IMG/VR virus record: IMGVR_UViG_3300047509_000177
Location: 27,382 to 91,381 of that record
DNA length: 64,000 nt
Reading direction: 5' to 3' (one strand)
Source: a virus
Shown: one piece after another, positions 30,000 through 41,507 of the stretch
How the letters are laid out: every line of letters begins with the position of its first letter
How positions within the stretch are numbered: position 1 is the first letter of the stretch
The notes under the pieces: model-generated
The model's database searches: none
What the model was told of the DNA's origin: nothing
The model's input: the letters and a program-made list of their open reading frames with translations, nothing else
Program-made: the position numbers and the translations under genes

Positions 30000-31943
30000 A
30001 TGACAGATATCAGTTTAAACGACGATCAAGCGACGGCCATCTTAACTGAGGGTCTGAATAGAAATTTATATGAGGGGCCTATTCCCTCTGATTCAGCAGA
30101 TAAGATGAAAGATGCTGAAGATCTTACAAAAGCTGCACAGTTAGCATTCAATAATGGGAACCGCAGCGATAACGTTCAAACTATCTTATTCATATCTCAA
30201 GTCGATCAAAAACCTCCGCTGCCTGAAGAACAAGTTTCTGAAGCACCTATGGCGGAAACCGCGCCGGAAGTTACAAATAATATTCACAACGGTATAGATC
30301 TATCTACTCTTTCAGATGGGGTTATTGATGGATTAATCGTTGGGCTTGATAAATATCCTAATTCTGAGCAGGTAGAAGAAGACCGTAAAGCCTATCTAGC
30401 AGAGAAAGAGAGGCGTAATGAAAAAGCCGGTAAAAGCCAAGATGAGCCACAGGGCACGACGGCGCAGGCGCCTGAAGAAAAAGCCGGAGAAGCTGCGCCA
30501 GAGGACTCTCCTGCACAGACTGAAGTGGGAAGCCAATTACCTGGAGAAGCTGGAGACCAAGAGCGAGCCGGAGGAGAAGGAACGGCTAGTGGGCCTGGAG
30601 ACGTTGAGCAGCAGAATTCCGCGCAAGGAGAAGATGCCGGAGCTTTTGCAAGAGCACAAACTCCAGAGACGAGCCCAGAAGGGAAACAAATTAAAGCCAA
30701 AGCGCCAAAAGAAGATGGAAGCCGCCTTGAGCTAGAAGAACAGCTTACTTTTGATATTCTAAAAGCTCATGAAGCTGATATAACTAAAATTAATAATCTG
30801 ACTGTAGATCAGATAAAGTTTATGCTTGAAAATCCTGATGGTTCTGGAGATAAAAAAGTGCCAATTACAGACGGAGAGGCAGAAGCAGCGGCGGTAACAA
30901 ATGCGGAAGTAAAAGCTGTAACAGGGATTTCTGCGCAGGAGTCTTCCCCGGAAAGAGTAGTGTCTAAAGAAGATTTAGGTATAAAAGTAGAGGAGATTCC
31001 AGCGCAAAAAGCCGCCGAAGAAATAGACAGAGAGTCTCTAGAAGCACAACTAACTGGTCCTACTTTAAAAGCTTATGGCCAGGGTAGAAAAAGCGTTCCT
31101 GGTCTTGGGATCAATGAGCTTCGCTTTATGGTTGAGCATCCTGACGGGAAGGTATATCCGGCGGAATTGGAAGCTGCTCGCGCCTTAGATAATTTAGATA
31201 GCGAGTCTCCTGCTGATAGATTAAAAGCAGTTGAGAAAATAAATGATTTAAAAAAATATGCAGAAGGGGGTTTAGTAGAAAATCCTAATATTAAATTAAA
31301 TAATTCTGAGACTTTATTTCTTGTCGAATCAGAAACTATAATTAAAGGTCCTCCTATTGAAGAAGTAAACAGATCAGAAATATCTGATATTGAGGATGCA
31401 GAAGAAGTTAATAAGAGGGACAATATTCAAAGAGCTGATAAGGTTTTTTCTGAAATAGACGCGGAGGAATCTCGGCGGCGAAATCGCGCGATGGAGATCG
31501 TTGCTCAAGAGGGGATGCCTATTCCTCCTGCATATTCAGATGAGCAAGCGCCTGTATTTCCAGTAGATGTTTCTAAGTGCTCTCGTGAGGAGCTTTATTC
31601 TTTCCACGCCGAATATCATGCCTACGAGACAAGAATAAATTATGTTTTGATTGAACATGAAGACAGATTAAATGATTGTATTCATTATAAAAACTATAGA
31701 GAAAACGTAGTAGCTAAAGAAGTTCCATTTATGGGAGAGGATGGTAAGCGTAATACCAATGAGTTTCGAGAGGCTCAAGTTAAAGGAGATCCAGAAGTTC
31801 TTGAGTTAAGCAATAAAGAGCATGAAGCTAGAAAAATAGTTAGTGGTTTAAAGGCTTTTCAGAAGAATTTTCATCTTTCTTGCGAGAGATTGTCTAGACA
31901 AATTAGCAAATATGAAACTGAGAGGCAAGATGCGCCGAGATAA
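30000..31943 (+). CDS. Large acidic protein with an internal repeat and UvsY-like C-terminal coiled coil
   Basis: Better ATG start at 30000; two ~40-aa repeats ending FM(L/V)E(N/H)PDG; C-terminal helical region. Confidence 0.5.
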   Translation: MTDISLNDDQATAILTEGLNRNLYEGPIPSDSADKMKDAEDLTKAAQLAFNNGNRSDNVQTILFISQVDQKPPLPEEQVSEAPMAETAPEVTNNIHNGIDLSTLSDGVIDGLIVGLDKYPNSEQVEEDRKAYLAEKERRNEKAGKSQDEPQGTTAQAPEEKAGEAAPEDSPAQTEVGSQLPGEAGDQERAGGEGTASGPGDVEQQNSAQGEDAGAFARAQTPETSPEGKQIKAKAPKEDGSRLELEEQLTFDILKAHEADITKINNLTVDQIKFMLENPDGSGDKKVPITDGEAEAAAVTNAEVKAVTGISAQESSPERVVSKEDLGIKVEEIPAQKAAEEIDRESLEAQLTGPTLKAYGQGRKSVPGLGINELRFMVEHPDGKVYPAELEAARALDNLDSESPADRLKAVEKINDLKKYAEGGLVENPNIKLNNSETLFLVESETIIKGPPIEEVNRSEISDIEDAEEVNKRDNIQRADKVFSEIDAEESRRRNRAMEIVAQEGMPIPPAYSDEQAPVFPVDVSKCSREELYSFHAEYHAYETRINYVLIEHEDRLNDCIHYKNYRENVVAKEVPFMGEDGKRNTNEFREAQVKGDPEVLELSNKEHEARKIVSGLKAFQKNFHLSCERLSRQISKYETERQDAPR

Positions 31944-32315
31944 TTTAAAGATATCTGTTAAGGTAGATGATTTTATTGATGCTTTAGCAGCTAAGAGAGA
32001 CAAAGAAATAAAAGATTTTGAGAGATATAAGAAAAAGTATAAAAATGAATCTTCGAAACATTATAAGATAACGGCCGATAAGATAAGAAGGTTAGCAGAT
32101 AAAATAGAATCAGGAATAATTCCTCAAGGAGTAGATAGAAATTCTTATCGTGAAAAGGAAACTCTAGTTATCCCAGTCAATCTTATGAAGCTACCTCATG
32201 AACCGGATACGAATTCTATTAATAGTTTGATAAAGGCTTTAAAGATTTCGTCTTCTAAAACTATATCTCTAGAAAAATGGGAATATGAAAACTATTTTTC
32301 TGACAATTTAGATGA

Positions 32316-32789
32316 ATGAAAATAGCAGGAATTGATCCGTCGTCTTCTATAACAGGTGTTGCGTTAGTAGAAAATAATAATCTTCTTTTGACCGATGCTT
32401 GGTATAAACCTAAAAATGGATCTTCTTCTGATCGTCTTGTAGATTATTTCTTATGGCTACAATCATGGTTGTCAGCTAATAAACCAGATATAGTTGTTAT
32501 TGAGTTTCTCAGTGTGGTTAGAAACGCAGAAGCTGTGAGAGTTATATCACATTACCAGGCAGCTTCTGCATTAGTATGTAAGCTTAGAGGATTATTAATT
32601 ATAGAAGGAAGAGTTACTTCGGCGCGAAAAGCGGCGCTGGGAAAGGGGAATATGTCTAAGGAGGAAGCTTATAAGAAAGTCAAAGCCATGTATCCTTCTC
32701 ATAACTGGGGCCGTATAAACGACGGGGGAGCAGATCGCGCGGATGCTTTAGTTCTTGCTCTTGCAGGACCAGCGATAGCTGAAAGATAG
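32316..32789 (+). CDS. ruvC: RuvC-like Holliday junction resolvase
   Basis: AGIDP...TG, VVIE, G.GN.SK, DRADA. Confidence 0.88.
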   Translation: MKIAGIDPSSSITGVALVENNNLLLTDAWYKPKNGSSSDRLVDYFLWLQSWLSANKPDIVVIEFLSVVRNAEAVRVISHYQAASALVCKLRGLLIIEGRVTSARKAALGKGNMSKEEAYKKVKAMYPSHNWGRINDGGADRADALVLALAGPAIAER

Positions 32790-33156
32790 GAGGTGATGCC
32801 AATGCTGAATTTCAAAGAGGCTTTTGAAAAAGATCTTGAGAGATTAGGCGGGAAATAGATAGGGCCATCTTTTGCGCGAGATTTGCGCCGAGGGTGGCCT
32901 TATTTCATGTATAATTTAATGGTATGGAGGGATTTCAACCTATTCTGGTCTTTGACTCCAATTCGGCGGATTTCGCGCGTGGGGTAGAGGTTGGACGTTT
33001 ATGGGAGCAGATAAAAGATCCAGAGCCATTTGAGCAGACTATTCATTCTTCTAATATTGAGATGGTAATGAGAATGATAGAAGCAACGGGACGAGAAATG
33101 CGCGTAGAAGATTCTTCAGATGATAATTGGTGCTATTTATATGTAGGTTCTGAAGT

Positions 33157-33648
33157 ATGAGCGAGCAGGAAAACGGCGCGGGTAGTAATGGAAATCTTCC
33201 TTCCCGGAGAAGATCTGGATTCGGTGATCCCTCCTGGTGGAATACTACGGGGCCTCAAGGGCTAACTCGGCGCGAGGAAAAAAGCATTGAAGCTAAACGA
33301 ATGGTCGCCGAAGGCAGGATCGGAGGGGCTAGACCCGGCGCAGGGAGACCCCGTAAAAACAAACCAGTAGCAGAGATAGTAACTGAGAAAGCTTCTGAGA
33401 AAGGCGAGAGGATCGCCAGTAAGCTATTAGACCTTGCTTTGAATCATAAGGCTCCTTCTGTGAACCTCGGTGCGATTGATCGCCTGAATAAGTACGAACA
33501 AGACTATGAGAAAAATCTTCGCGATGACGAGAAAGAGTTGAGAAAACTTTCTAGTCCAGATCTTGAAAAAGTTCTTAAAGAAGAATTATCGAATCATCTT
33601 GGATACGATTATGAGATACCTCCAGAAGATATAGAAGATGATGACTGA
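33157..33648 (+). CDS. Putative terminase small subunit
   Basis: GGARPGAGRP motif; upstream of TerL. Confidence 0.5.
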   Translation: MSEQENGAGSNGNLPSRRRSGFGDPSWWNTTGPQGLTRREEKSIEAKRMVAEGRIGGARPGAGRPRKNKPVAEIVTEKASEKGERIASKLLDLALNHKAPSVNLGAIDRLNKYEQDYEKNLRDDEKELRKLSSPDLEKVLKEELSNHLGYDYEIPPEDIEDDD

Positions 33649-34380
33649 TTTACCTCCTATGGAAATTAGCGATGACGGGTGGGAGCTAATGCAGGATCTT
33701 GCGCGCCGTTCGGAGTCTGGGCGAGCGCAGATCAATGATAATTGGCTTCCTCATACGCCGTCATATAAGCCACTTGTATGGCTGAAACTGATTGAGGAGC
33801 GAGAGCGCGCGGGTGGTGGAATTGAGATTCGTCTTACAGACTTTGGTTGGAAAATGTTGATTGATGGTATGGAGCGTGTATAAAAGATGAGACGTAAATA
33901 TAGAAATTGGCGAAAGAGGTGGGCTTGCAGATTGCAGGGATGTTTGCGGGAGGTTGCATATATGTACGATGGCAGATGCCCTAGATGTGGTAAAGATGTA
34001 TAAAGTCAATGAAGAAAAGTTGAAATCTGATTGGGATGCAGAAAGAAAACCAATTGTAAATTGGGAAATTAAATCTACCAGCTCTCCTGTGAAGGATTTA
34101 AGAAGTTGGCAAACATCTCTTGGCTATTTATGCGGCACTTATGGAAATTTGATAGAATTTAATTATAAGACTTTTATTTCTATCCAAGAATCATTTGAGT
34201 ATAGAACTCTTGGTTATGACAGGATAGTAACTATATCAGATTTAATAAATTTGTTATGGGGAGTGGATACAAAAATTATTATAAATGATATGCGTGATGG
34301 CAAGGTTGTAATGAAATCAGTGAGTGGATGGCTCCCTGATTATTATAGTGATTTAGAAGCTACTGTATATTAGGCAGGAA

Positions 34381-36267
34381 ATGGCGCAAGAAGAGAAAAA
34401 TAAATTAGAAAATGTAGATCTTTCTACTCTCTCTGATAAGGAGAAAAGAGATCTAATTCTCTCTATGCGCAGATTAGGCGGCAAAAGGGGGTCTCAAAAG
34501 AGGGCTATTCCTACTACTGATGATGAGTTGTGGTGGTTAATTAAAGAAGAGATCGGGGATGAGATCCCGCGAGTTTCTGTCTGCGACGATCATAATGCAC
34601 CTTTTGATTTTGTTTCTGATTATTATTTTGAAAGAAAAAGAGCTATTCTTGTCATGGCTAACAGAGAAGGCGGCAAGACGAGATCTGTAAATATAGCTAA
34701 TTATTTAAATTGTGAGTATAAGCCTGGCTGTGAGGTTTGTGTCTTCGCGGATATCGAAGCTCAATCAAACAAGTCTTATAACTATATTAAATCTTTTGTT
34801 TATGCTAAAGATGATACTGGGAAGAAAATCCCTAAACCCAGTATTGAAGGAGACCCTTTAAGAAAAGAAACTAGATGGAAGAATGGCTCTAAACTAGAAG
34901 TAATTATCGCATCCCCCTCTGGCGTAAACTCCCCTCATCCTCACAAGGTTCACGCTGATGAGATCGACTTGATGGAGCGTCCGATCTGGGCCGAGAGTCG
35001 GTCGATGGCGTCGTCAGGTAAAGGTTCTGACGGTAATATGATTAAATCGCAAGATATAGCTACTTCTACTAGGAAGTCGGCTAAAGGTTTAATGCAAGAG
35101 ATAATAGATGAATCAGACAAAGCTATAAAACTTGGAGTAGAACCTCCTTGGCATGTATTTAAATTTTGTTTGTTTGAGTGTGCAAAAGAGGTTCCTACTT
35201 GCGAATCAGTTCCGGCAGACAAACGAGAAGCAAGATTAATTGAGCTTGGTAAAGATCCTAAAGAATTATGCGGATGTAAAAAAATTATTAAAGGTGAGTG
35301 GGCCGAGGGGTCTCCTAGAACATTAGAGTCTGTTTGTAAAGGAAAGCTTTTTAAATCAAGAGGATGGATGGAATATGATGATATAAAGCATAAATTTACT
35401 CAGAACTCTCCCAATGTATGGGTAGCTCAGCACGAATGTAGAAGACCAATGGCCGATGGTCTTTATCTTCCTACATGGTCTAGAGAAAGATATGTAATTA
35501 AGGATTATGAACCAAGACCAGAGTTTGGATATATTTGGCAAGGTATTGATTGGGGGGGCAGTAGTAACTCGACTTCGGCAGTTTTATGGATACAAGGTCC
35601 TTTACATCAACCTATTCAAGTAAATAATTTTCAAGGAACTAAAACTGTTATACCTCAAGGTGCTTATGTAATCTTTAAAGAGATATATGAGGTTGCTATT
35701 GGCGCGACTCGCCTTGCAGATAAAGTAGTTAGAGTAGAGATCCAATATAAGAATAGATACGGAGCAGCTTGGAGAGTAAAAGGAAGGTTTGCTGATAAGG
35801 CTGGGGCTCAACAGCGCGCAGATTGGCGCGAACATAATCCTCCATTAAGAACTCATTGGTATCTATCAGGAAAATATTTTGATCCAACAGTAGAATGTGT
35901 ACAGTCTTTAGTAGCTGATAGTTTATTATATGCTGATGGAACTAGCGCCCCTGGAATCTGCGATGATTTTGAGAGTTGGAGATCCGAGAATGGGAAAGAA
36001 ATTCATGACGAATCATCTCACGGACCTTCTGGAGTTAGATATTGTTTAAAGAACGTTCAGGGTATTGTGAAGAGATATAGGAACCCTCGGCCGACTTTGC
36101 AGCCGATGGTGGCGGCGCGAGATTCGGCGGTGGGTCCTACAGCAGCTCTGGTTGGTGTAAGCTCCCCTTCCTCTGCCGACTATACAAGCGAAAAATGGCG
36201 TGAGGCTATGGGCCAAGAAATCGGCGGAAATAATGGAAGAGGAGGGCGTGAACCTTGGATGCCATAG
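34381..36267 (+). CDS. terL: Terminase large subunit
   Basis: Walker A REGGKT, Walker B HADEID, nuclease GIDWG and H..SGVRY. Confidence 0.85.
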   Translation: MAQEEKNKLENVDLSTLSDKEKRDLILSMRRLGGKRGSQKRAIPTTDDELWWLIKEEIGDEIPRVSVCDDHNAPFDFVSDYYFERKRAILVMANREGGKTRSVNIANYLNCEYKPGCEVCVFADIEAQSNKSYNYIKSFVYAKDDTGKKIPKPSIEGDPLRKETRWKNGSKLEVIIASPSGVNSPHPHKVHADEIDLMERPIWAESRSMASSGKGSDGNMIKSQDIATSTRKSAKGLMQEIIDESDKAIKLGVEPPWHVFKFCLFECAKEVPTCESVPADKREARLIELGKDPKELCGCKKIIKGEWAEGSPRTLESVCKGKLFKSRGWMEYDDIKHKFTQNSPNVWVAQHECRRPMADGLYLPTWSRERYVIKDYEPRPEFGYIWQGIDWGGSSNSTSAVLWIQGPLHQPIQVNNFQGTKTVIPQGAYVIFKEIYEVAIGATRLADKVVRVEIQYKNRYGAAWRVKGRFADKAGAQQRADWREHNPPLRTHWYLSGKYFDPTVECVQSLVADSLLYADGTSAPGICDDFESWRSENGKEIHDESSHGPSGVRYCLKNVQGIVKRYRNPRPTLQPMVAARDSAVGPTAALVGVSSPSSADYTSEKWREAMGQEIGGNNGRGGREPWMP

Positions 36268-37225
36268 AAAAGAAATCAGTATCAGATCAGAGCAGTTTTT
36301 GCCCGGTAGTTCCTCGCTGGAATGGTGATCGTCTTGAGCTTCATTGGTATGGTTGGGGAGGGCCAATAGATGAGCTTGAGCCTTTATGCGATTTAACCAA
36401 AGCTCAGGGAATAGCATTGATACAGATGTTAAATTCAGCTATATATAAAAAAGATAGTTATAATGTATAGCGATAGAGAGATAAAAATTATTATAGATAC
36501 AATGAAAAATCTTAGTGAATATATTTCCAAGAAAAAAAAAGAAGAGTATGATAAAAGTATTGAATCCATAATACAGGCTAGAAGATGAGCAATTGGTCTG
36601 ATAATTCTACTGCGAACCCTATTGTTGATCTAAGAAAATGGGCAGATTATATTTATAGAGATTTTGGAAGATATGGAAAACATTCTTCTAGATGTGTCTA
36701 TATAAATAGTTATATAAAGGGCAATAGTAAAATTGAGTGGTGCTGCTCTAATGACTGTGAAATGAAATGATATTAGATAAGCCATATGATTGGTCTACTT
36801 CCGGCGATTTTCCTGCCGTGAAATGGAAAAGGTGCAATTTTGTCCCCGTAATCACCTCTATTTTAGATGGTCGGGGTGGTCCTCATCCCGATGTAAGATA
36901 TGTTGACGAGATAGAGATGTTTCCTAAAAAAGATTTTGAAGAACTAAAGAAAAAGCTAGACATATAATGTTTAAACCAGGATATAAATGGCGTACTTTAG
37001 CTAAGACTGAAAATAGAGATGTTTATGCAGAGAATTCGGGATCTCTACAAAGAGATCATAAAGGAAAAAAGAATTTTTATTTTGATGAGCTTGTTATAGA
37101 TCAATGGTTTCATCTAGAGATGATGGATGAGAATTCATATTGGATGCGTGTAGGAGAATATAGAATTGATATTAAGTTCATAGATGGCAGCGATAAACCA
37201 GAAGTTTATGTAGAAAAGGAATAAA

Positions 37226-39907
37226 ATGGCTGAAGGTGAAAAGTATTCTGAAGCAGGGTTCTTAAATAGAACAGAAGGAAATAAGACAAGTACGGACCCA
37301 TTAGCCATAGACGAGTATCCCCAGCCCAGCCCAGAACAAGAGCGCCTTTTTGAAATAGATATAGATAAAGGGGTTTCCCAAAGATTAAGGGAAGCTCGCG
37401 CGATCGGTCCCTCTGTTCGGCAGCAAACTCAGGCCGAGGTTTTAAATCTAGTTCTTCTATATAGAGAGCTTGGAGGAAATCCTTTCAGTGTAAGGAGATT
37501 ACCTTTCTCCATTATGCGCGATATGAGCGCCGATCCTACTATAGCTTTTGCTTTATATTATACAGAAACTCCACTAATTAACGCTACGTGGTCCGTGGCC
37601 TGTGAGGACGCCCAGATAGCTGCGGCAGTTGATGCTGCTTTTAGGCCTATCAATACAGACTTTAAAATAAAATCATGCAATAAACTTCGCATGGGGTACC
37701 AACCCCTTGTTAAAAGATGGAAGCTAGGAAAATTAGACGGAAAATATAGAGATAAAAATTCAGACAAACCAGATGAAGATCTTCTTGTTTGGCCTTCTAA
37801 GAATGTAGATGCTTTATTGTGGAAGAATGTTTTAGCTTTACCTCCTGAGAATTGCCTTCCTAGATGGAACGAAATGGGAAACTTTAATGGATTTATGTAT
37901 TCTCCTGTTCCAATTCCTAATCCTATGATGCTAGGAGTTGCTCAGACTTATGGCCCACAAATACTTAGTGGATATCCTATTCCGTTAGAGCGGTCGATGT
38001 GGTTAGTTAATGAAAGATCACAAAATTTCGGAAGCTTGTACGGACAACCTAGATTAAGACGGGCATATCGCTACTGGTGGAGTTTTTGGTATAGGTGGGC
38101 GTTAGCTGATAGATCATATGAGAATAAGGCAGATCCAGCTAAACAAATTTATTATCCCACTAATGTTGCTGATGCTTTAGATGTAAATAGACCTGAATCT
38201 GAAACTGCTTACAGTCTTCAGCAAAAAGCTATTCAAACTGGTAACAATGCGCGTTCTGGTTCGACTGTGGCTTTCCCTGGTGACTTTATGGTTGATGAGG
38301 AAGGTAAAACAACTAACCAACGTCAATGGGAACTTAAATATCTTGAGGGTGGAGAGAACTTTAATCAATTAGAGCAATGTTTCGCAACTCTACAATCTTA
38401 TATGCTTCGCGCAATGTTCCTTCCTGAACAAGCCTTTATTGATGCTACTTCTGCCGCTCAAACTTCTAGCCAGAGATATATTGCTGCTCAGCAAGGTGAG
38501 ATTTACCAAGAAGCACAGCAACTTCTTGCTAACGAGGATGATGAATATGTAAATAAGTATATGATACCTGAATTTATTGCTGCTAATTTTCCTGACAAAG
38601 CTGGAATACCATGTAGGAAAGAAACCAGAAAGATTCGTAATCCTGAATTTATTAAACAGCTTATAACTATTGCTGGTCAAAAAAATCCTGAGAATTTAGG
38701 AGTCGATATAAGAGCGCTTCTTGAAGAAGAAGGAGTGCCTACTAATTCGGAAGCACAGCAAAAGATTATAGACGAAAAGCATAAAGCGGAACAGGATAAT
38801 AGTAAACCTCCCATTACTGCTTCTACAAAGAAAGAAGGAGTGGCAGGATATAACGCGGGAGTGGAAAAAACGGAGACTGGAGAGCATGTTTACTTCCAGC
38901 CTGGAGGAGAGATTTATCTGGGAGCAGATTCTATAACTGTTCCTGGAGCAGAAGCTAAAAATTTCTTAGAAAAATTGCCCAAAATTCCTGCCTATCAAGA
39001 TGCAACTGTTCGTACTGCTGCTGTTCAGATGCGCAAATTTTTAAGAGATAGATATCAGAATCAAATTACTTCTTTCGTTAATCAAATTAGAAATAAGACA
39101 GTATTAAAATTGGCTCAGCCTGAAGAAGTGCAGCCGTCCAAACCAGGGCTGGGCAAAGGGGCCGCTAAAATAGCCGCAGCAGGCGCTATAGCGGCGTGGG
39201 GAGTCGATCAAGCTAAATCCCTACCTCCGGCCAACTTGCGCCTTAGAGAAATTCTCAGTAGAATTGCAGGGGCCGCAGGGCGGCGGGAATTGAAATTAGC
39301 TCAACTTGATCCCGAGATATTTAATCCCAGTGTAGTAGAAGACTGGATTAATAGCTATGTAGAGGAAAATCTCGGCCTAATGGATCAGACAGTCCAGGAA
39401 GAGTTTAAAATTTTTCTTGAGAACCAACTTACTGAGAATTCTCATCCTGATGTAGTTGCTCAAGCTATAGAAGACCATTTTGCTGAAATGCCTGATACTC
39501 ATACTCTTCGCGTGGTTCGCGCTCAGACGAGAGACGCATATAACCAAGGTATGTTGCAGGCGGCAGAAGATGCTGGAATATCACAGGTAATGGCGCATGA
39601 TGCTTCTAGTGGAACTAATTTAAATACTGATAAACGTTGCATACTCCGTAATGCTAAAGTATTTGATATAAAAACAGCTAGAAAAGAATCTCAAGATACG
39701 CATCCGAATTGTACCTTATGGTTTAGCTATTTAAATACATCTAATTTATCTGTAAAAGTAACTGATGAAATACCAGATAGACTAGAACTATCAGATAATA
39801 TGATGGCTGCTTATGATGAACAGACTGAGACATTATTTATCAAGCCGACAGCGAAATCATCAGAAGAAAAATATTTACTTACTCTCGGAGAGAGATTGTG
39901 CTTTTAA
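37226..39907 (+). CDS. Portal protein fused to a MuF/SPP1 gp7-like head morphogenesis domain
   Basis: GSLYGQPRLRRAY..W portal motif; C-terminal RAQT..AYNQG...C..RN...HPNC. Confidence 0.75.
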   Translation: MAEGEKYSEAGFLNRTEGNKTSTDPLAIDEYPQPSPEQERLFEIDIDKGVSQRLREARAIGPSVRQQTQAEVLNLVLLYRELGGNPFSVRRLPFSIMRDMSADPTIAFALYYTETPLINATWSVACEDAQIAAAVDAAFRPINTDFKIKSCNKLRMGYQPLVKRWKLGKLDGKYRDKNSDKPDEDLLVWPSKNVDALLWKNVLALPPENCLPRWNEMGNFNGFMYSPVPIPNPMMLGVAQTYGPQILSGYPIPLERSMWLVNERSQNFGSLYGQPRLRRAYRYWWSFWYRWALADRSYENKADPAKQIYYPTNVADALDVNRPESETAYSLQQKAIQTGNNARSGSTVAFPGDFMVDEEGKTTNQRQWELKYLEGGENFNQLEQCFATLQSYMLRAMFLPEQAFIDATSAAQTSSQRYIAAQQGEIYQEAQQLLANEDDEYVNKYMIPEFIAANFPDKAGIPCRKETRKIRNPEFIKQLITIAGQKNPENLGVDIRALLEEEGVPTNSEAQQKIIDEKHKAEQDNSKPPITASTKKEGVAGYNAGVEKTETGEHVYFQPGGEIYLGADSITVPGAEAKNFLEKLPKIPAYQDATVRTAAVQMRKFLRDRYQNQITSFVNQIRNKTVLKLAQPEEVQPSKPGLGKGAAKIAAAGAIAAWGVDQAKSLPPANLRLREILSRIAGAAGRRELKLAQLDPEIFNPSVVEDWINSYVEENLGLMDQTVQEEFKIFLENQLTENSHPDVVAQAIEDHFAEMPDTHTLRVVRAQTRDAYNQGMLQAAEDAGISQVMAHDASSGTNLNTDKRCILRNAKVFDIKTARKESQDTHPNCTLWFSYLNTSNLSVKVTDEIPDRLELSDNMMAAYDEQTETLFIKPTAKSSEEKYLLTLGERLCF

Positions 39908-40000
39908 TTGGGACTATTATTTTGATCTTGATATGGATAATTTTAGGTCTTATATTCTTACACTATGAGTAAAATGAGATTCTTGGAGAGAGGTTGAGCT

Positions 40001-40264
40001 TTGCCTAAATATAGAAAGAAACCTGTTGTTATTGAAGCTTTACAATTTAAAGATAATCCTGATGAGGTAGTATTATTTCTAGGTGGGTACCATGCGGTTG
40101 ATACACATCGAGTAAAGTCTAATACATTTGAAGGTGGATATATTAAAACGCTTGAGGGTGAGATGGAATATTCTACTGGTGATTGGATTATTAAGGGAAT
40201 TAAGGGGGAGTTTTATTTCTGCAAACCAGATATTTTTGATGCTACATATGAATTATGCGACTAG
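40001..40264 (+). CDS. Conserved phage protein (YRKKPVVIEA family)
   Basis: YRKKPVVIEA...TLEG...GDWIIKG..GEFY.CKPDIF..TYE. Confidence 0.85.
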   Translation: MPKYRKKPVVIEALQFKDNPDEVVLFLGGYHAVDTHRVKSNTFEGGYIKTLEGEMEYSTGDWIIKGIKGEFYFCKPDIFDATYELCD

Positions 40265-40708
40265 AACGCGATAATTTAAATCCATTGCCAGTTGATAAAC
40301 TGCTGCTGAATGAGAAAGAGAGAGAAGGATATAAATTGGGAAAAGGCCAGCAGGTCCAAGACGTTCTTGCCGTGGAAGCCGAGCTGCTTCGCAGCGAGGG
40401 TATCGATCCCGCTTGGCCAGGATTCGAGGAGATAGAGAAAAATAAAGTCCAAGAGTAAAAGAAAAAAATCTTTTTTAGAAAAGAATATTAGATGGGGAGT
40501 ATACTATGGAGATTGTGTAGATCCTCGCCCAATTTTATCTCAAGCAAAACTTTTAGGGTGGAATAATAAAAAAATATCTGAAGCTGCTGGGGTTGATTCT
40601 AGAAGTACATATGATTGGATAAAGGGTAAGAGAAAAATGAGTAGGTATGCAGCTGACAATCTGTGTACAAATTTAGAAATTCCTATGACACTTTTGTATG
40701 ATGATTGA
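40255..40708 (+). pseudogene. XRE-type HTH regulator split by a one-base frameshift (or using an ATA start at 40442)
   Basis: Frame 40442-40708 encodes ...GWNNKKISEAAGVDSRSTYDWIKGKRKMS...LCTNLEI with no ATG/GTG/TTG start upstream of the HTH; absent from the ORF track. Confidence 0.6.
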
Positions 40709-41171
40709 TAAACCGCATATTGGAACTACTTATTACGATTTTGAAGGTAGAGAGCTTTTTGTAACTCAAACAGAAATAGGTGATCTTTCAGGAAGAGAAG
40801 TTAGAGGAATTTTAGATAATAGAAATGATTACAGTTGTGATTTAAAGATTTGGAGAGAAGTTTGGTTAGAACAAAAGCCTCCAACAGATCCTTTGAAAAT
40901 GAAAGTATGATTTTAGATAAAGTTTTTTTAGAGTATATAGATTGGTCTAAGGGAATGGGAGAGAAAATATACTTTATTGAAGCTTTAGAAGATCTGGATA
41001 GAGAAAAAGAACTAATAGAAGTTAAAGAGCAATATAAAATTAAATTGAATTATACTTTTCAAAATTCTTTGCAAGAGCATGCATGAGAAATTTATTTGAA
41101 CAAAATCCTCATTTTTGGGCGCACTAAAAGTATATCCAAGATATAGACGAATAAAATTTGAAAGGAAATTA

Positions 41172-41507
41172 ATGAATAATAAAGTTTCAGTAGGAGTTAC
41201 ATCGGTTATAGGATGGGCAACTGCTGTTCTAGCATTGCTTCCTACGATTATTAAAGCAGTAGAAGAAGGGCAAGTAGCTTTTACTGGTCCTGAAAAGTAT
41301 CTTGCAATCTTTGGTATTGCATCTGGATTGATAACTAATGTTGCTCGTTACTTACAAGCTCATAAGCTAATTGGAGAAACAATTAATGAATTTGTTCCAT
41401 TTCATGAAGATGTTCCTGCGCCGGGAACTTCAATTGCAGATGCTAGTAACCCAGCCAATGTTGTAGATGCTAAAGATAATCCGAATGTTCCTTTGTCTGG
41501 TGCATGA
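41172..41507 (+). CDS. Putative holin
   Basis: Two TM helices; RBS plus ATG at 41172; directly before the lysin. Confidence 0.6.
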   Translation: MNNKVSVGVTSVIGWATAVLALLPTIIKAVEEGQVAFTGPEKYLAIFGIASGLITNVARYLQAHKLIGETINEFVPFHEDVPAPGTSIADASNPANVVDAKDNPNVPLSGA

